From: Spirochaetia bacterium
GTDB taxonomy: Bacteria > Spirochaetota > Spirochaetia > CADAEX01
Length of the DNA stretch: 64,000 nucleotides
Direction of reading: 5' to 3'
Assembly (NCBI GenBank): GCA_963662795.1
Contig: OY759746.1
Coordinates: forward strand, 320,001 to 384,000
Under the pieces are notes generated by a model. The model saw only the letters and a program-made list of their open reading frames with translations. It searched no databases and was not told the origin of the DNA. The number at the start of each line of letters is the position of its first letter. Position 1 is the stretch's first letter. The position numbers were made by a program, and so were the translations under genes. This document shows, in pieces, positions 60,987 through 64,000 of this stretch.

Positions 60987-61351
60987 TCATGTCATAAGGG
61001 AAAAACCATAGCCCTTATTCCCATCCGTTTTACGGTGCCAGATATCAACAACTTCAGTTGAACCGTCAGTAACATAATAATGGTCGAACATGGCGCCTGT
61101 TGCGCATGCGTGATTGGGCAGTATCCTGAGCTTGCTGCCGATCTCAAATGTGCTTAAGTCAAAACCGCTCCCAGGGCGGTCCTGGACAGAAGCCCTGCGC
61201 ACTTTAAAGCCGCGTCACGTTCTTTTTCAGCAAGAACGCGTATTTCTGAAACTGATCTGTAATTACAGGATTCGCCGGCATGGGTAAGCACTCCTCACAG
61301 CATTACCCCTTTTTCCCTTTCAAGACGGCGGGCGATTTCAGGAAGAAGCGG
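60987..61351 (-). pseudogene. Remnant of a DSD1/D-threonine aldolase-like PLP enzyme gene
   Basis: Mid-gene piece (ML*GVLTHAGESC, TGA at 61295-61297) joined to the C-terminal piece GSKLRILPNHAC..W; internal deletion. Confidence 0.7.
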
Positions 61352-61401
61352 AAAAGGAAACTGAGGATAAAATTACCGGCCTTTCCCCGTTCATCGGTTT
61401 C

Positions 61402-61728
61402 GTGGAAGGGGCGTTTACAGGAACGGCCTATATAATATTCAGCATGACAGAACTGGTGAGAAATAATACACCGCTTTATGTTGATGCGGCCACAGCTGTT
61501 CCCTCAATACTGATCGGCTCCCGGGTGGGGATGCGAATGGCGGAATGGGCAACCGTGAAGATGATTGATAACAGGGACGAAAGTTTTCCGGTATTTTTGC
61601 TGAAAGGTACTCTCTACAGTGCTGCTGCCCGGCTGTTACCCTTACAGCCGGCATGTTCCCTCTGTTTGCCGTGGCAAACTATGCCGGCTCAATACAATGG
61701 AACATCAGCCGCGATTATAGATTGTTAA
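61402..61728 (+). other. Possible fragment of a membrane-transporter gene
   Basis: Short hydrophobic stretch with weak MFS-like pattern; no convincing start. Confidence 0.2.
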
Positions 61729-61899
61729 GGCTTGCGGGGATATCCATTACCGGAGGTACGTTATACGGGAGCTTTTTCGGAGGACTCTTCGGAACTCTTT
61801 ACAGCTCGGCTGTATACTTTCTTATAAACTGACCCCGGTATTGACATAATTTCACCGGTGATGAGGCTTATCATAAAAAAACATTTTATCCGAAAATGA

Positions 61900-62484
61900 T
61901 TATTTTCTTCCCCTTATCATCTTCCTGCAGGCCTGTATAAAGCCGTTTATATCTGATGGTGTTAAGATGTACTGTTTTCCATCTTTTTTCGTCAGCAGTA
62001 TAAACTGGTCCGTTATCTGAGCGTTCCTGCCTGTACTCCTTTTACTGCGGGCCCCCGGTTTTAATTCTGAAATATTTACAGGAAGGGAACTGTGCCCAAT
62101 CAGCCGGCCAAGCTCAATCTGCAGGGAGACCCCGCCAGCTTTGTTCTGCCCGGATGCCCCTTTCCCGTTTTTTATCCCGGCAATTATTTTACCGATTCCC
62201 TCAAGGGTTATCTCTTTGACTGAATCTATGTTTTCAAGTGCTATAAAGTACTTTTTGAAAGTCCTTTTGATTCTTAAGCCGTAATCACCTACGGTATATG
62301 ACCATCCGAACCTTCCAGTTTCGAAAACAAAAAAAAGCAGAAGAAGTATTGATGCACCGGTCATGGCAAACCCTGCTTTTATACCGGCAAAGATAAATAT
62401 CCAGACATTGAAAATTATAAAGGCAGATGACAATATCAATATTGCCCTGCCGGATTTTCTGCTCCTCTGCGGTTTAAACTCCAT
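61900..62484 (-). CDS. Hypothetical membrane protein, possibly with a bacterial PH-like domain
   Basis: Two N-terminal TM helices, then YTVGDYGLRIK...IALENIDSV...YILTPSD..GF; GGGGAGG SD. Confidence 0.65.
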   Translation of the reverse strand: MEFKPQRSRKSGRAILILSSAFIIFNVWIFIFAGIKAGFAMTGASILLLLFFVFETGRFGWSYTVGDYGLRIKRTFKKYFIALENIDSVKEITLEGIGKIIAGIKNGKGASGQNKAGGVSLQIELGRLIGHSSLPVNISELKPGARSKRSTGRNAQITDQFILLTKKDGKQYILTPSDINGFIQACRKMIRGRK

Positions 62485-62610
62485 GTGTCCCTCCCCGGTT
62501 TATCAGACGTCCTGCAGCATGAATTTGCATTATTATATATCATAAAGCGACGAGTTAAAATCAATATTTTCCATTGACTCCGGTATAGAAAGAAAGGAGA
62601 AAGAGTTCTT

Positions 62611-62835
62611 CTATCTTCTGCGCAGCGGCCGCAGCAGGCCTTCAAGGCCGTTAAGCTTTATCTCAAGGATGGATTCAAGCTGTCTGCCGAGAATACCTTC
62701 TGGAAAGCCCTTCCCTTTAAACCAGAGAAGATAGGGTTCAGGCAGATCTGCCAGGTATGAACCTGAATATTTGCCGAAAGGCATTTTTGCGTTTGCGAGT
62801 TCAAGAAGAAACTGTGAGTTATCAAAGGTATCCAT
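62611..62835 (-). CDS. DUF3820 family protein
   Basis: MPFGKY..LADLPEPYLLWF..KGFP.G.LG..L...EIKLNGLE pattern. Confidence 0.85.
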   Translation of the reverse strand: MDTFDNSQFLLELANAKMPFGKYSGSYLADLPEPYLLWFKGKGFPEGILGRQLESILEIKLNGLEGLLRPLRRR

Positions 62836-62996
62836 AAACAGGAATATATCACAATACAGAACCGAATAACATGAAATTAATATGGCAGCATAATATAGTG
62901 AATTGAATTTATAATCATTCATGATGATAAATTTATGTTTAATATTGTGAATATGTAGTAAAATATTATGTGTGCTGTAACGGAGAATAAACAGAA

Positions 62997-64000
62997 ATGG
63001 AATACGACCTGAATGTCGTTCTTAAGAGGAGCGAATTATTTTCTCAGTTAAAAGAGGGTTCGATTGACCTGATAAACCGCCATTTTAAAAAGGTAACATT
63101 CAATGCGGGACAGATTATATGCAGGGAAGGCGACGATGGAGACAGCATGTTCGTCATCCTCAGTGGGAAAGTGTCTGTACTCCGTAATATGGGCTGGGGA
63201 GAGAGGGAACTAGGCAGGATGGAATCCCCTGAAATATTCGGGGAGATGGCCCTGATAACGGGAGAGACACGATCGGCGACAGTTAAAGCCCTTGAAAAAA
63301 CAGAATGCCTGCAGCTTGACAACAGGAGCTTTGAAACCCTGTTGGATCAGGATTTATCATTTGCCCAGCAGGTTGCGAAGTTTATGACAAGACGCTTTTC
63401 GGCATTAACACAAAAAACCTCAGATGAATTGTTGGGCGCTTACCGGGCGCTTATGTTTGCGATCGCGGACCTTACCGATTCCCGGGACCCTGAAACCGGC
63501 GCCCATCTTGAGAGGACAAGAAATTACTGCGTGGTGCTGGCAGAAAAACTGTCCCATCATCCCCATTTTAAGGATATCATCACTCCGGGCTTTCTTGACG
63601 GAATTTACCATGTCTCTCCCCTTCACGATGTGGGAAAAATAGCTGTCCCGGACGCGATTCTGCTCAAACCGGCGAGGTTAACTTCGGAGGAATATGAGAT
63701 CATGAAACTCCATACTGTAGCCGGTGCTGATGCTTTTGAAAAAGTGCTTGAACAGTGTGATAACAAGCTCTTCCGCATGGCCCACAGGATTTGCCTGCAT
63801 CATCATGAAAAGTGGGACGGAACAGGATATCCGATGAAACTGTCGGGGGAAAATATTCCTCTTGAATCAAGGATTATGGCTTTTGCCGATGTCTATGATG
63901 CTCTATGCTCCAAACGGGTCTATAAACCTGCGATGTCGAAGGAGGAGACGCGGGAGGAAATAAGGAAATCTTCCGGTACTTTTTTCGACCCGCTTATTAC
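62997..64000 (+). CDS. Cyclic-nucleotide-binding domain plus HD-GYP phosphodiesterase (runs off the window end)
   Basis: Manual translation: REGDDGDSMFVILSG and FGEMALITGETRSATV (cNMP); ETGAHLER, LHDVGK, HHEKWDGTGYP and ADVYDAL (HD-GYP). Confidence 0.9.
   Translation, partial: MEYDLNVVLKRSELFSQLKEGSIDLINRHFKKVTFNAGQIICREGDDGDSMFVILSGKVSVLRNMGWGERELGRMESPEIFGEMALITGETRSATVKALEKTECLQLDNRSFETLLDQDLSFAQQVAKFMTRRFSALTQKTSDELLGAYRALMFAIADLTDSRDPETGAHLERTRNYCVVLAEKLSHHPHFKDIITPGFLDGIYHVSPLHDVGKIAVPDAILLKPARLTSEEYEIMKLHTVAGADAFEKVLEQCDNKLFRMAHRICLHHHEKWDGTGYPMKLSGENIPLESRIMAFADVYDALCSKRVYKPAMSKEETREEIRKSSGTFFDPLI

Noticed and set aside
60925-60990. yybP-ykoY (Mn) riboswitch suggested by GGAGTAG
   Set aside because: The remaining consensus elements and helices are missing, and no suitable gene follows on that strand.

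Overview
A 64-kb chromosomal window most consistent with a free-living, probably anaerobic spirochaete: it has an FlcA-like flagellar collar protein, a groEL with no adjacent groES, and spirochaete-style yajC-secDF. The first ~38 kb is mostly housekeeping: partial glyA, a ZIP transporter, metH, yajC-secD-secF, groEL, birA, mnmA, an argR-argCBDG-argA operon with tandem ARG boxes, pgi, ilvE, galE, gpgS and a PPi-type PEPCK. tRNA-Pro(GGG) at 38108-38182 opens an accessory zone. The main finding is a ~3.6-kb integrase-less island bounded by copies of the tRNA 3' end, carrying a Cys-rich MarR regulator, the mercury-methylation genes hgcA-hgcB, a possible decayed arsR and acr3. Further on are an IS4 element with perfect 18-bp IRs and a 5-bp TSD, an HNH nuclease, a GNAT/M20 pair, hicAB, metal transporters, a GT4-GH130 pair and signalling genes. 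Non-coding highlights are a compact NiCo/czcD-type riboswitch that appears to act on translation, a candidate sRNA showing two anti-Shine-Dalgarno loops, a galE with an apparent ATC start, and an apparently catalytically dead M20 homolog coupled to gpgS. All calls come from reading the sequence by eye; no database searches or folding programs were run.
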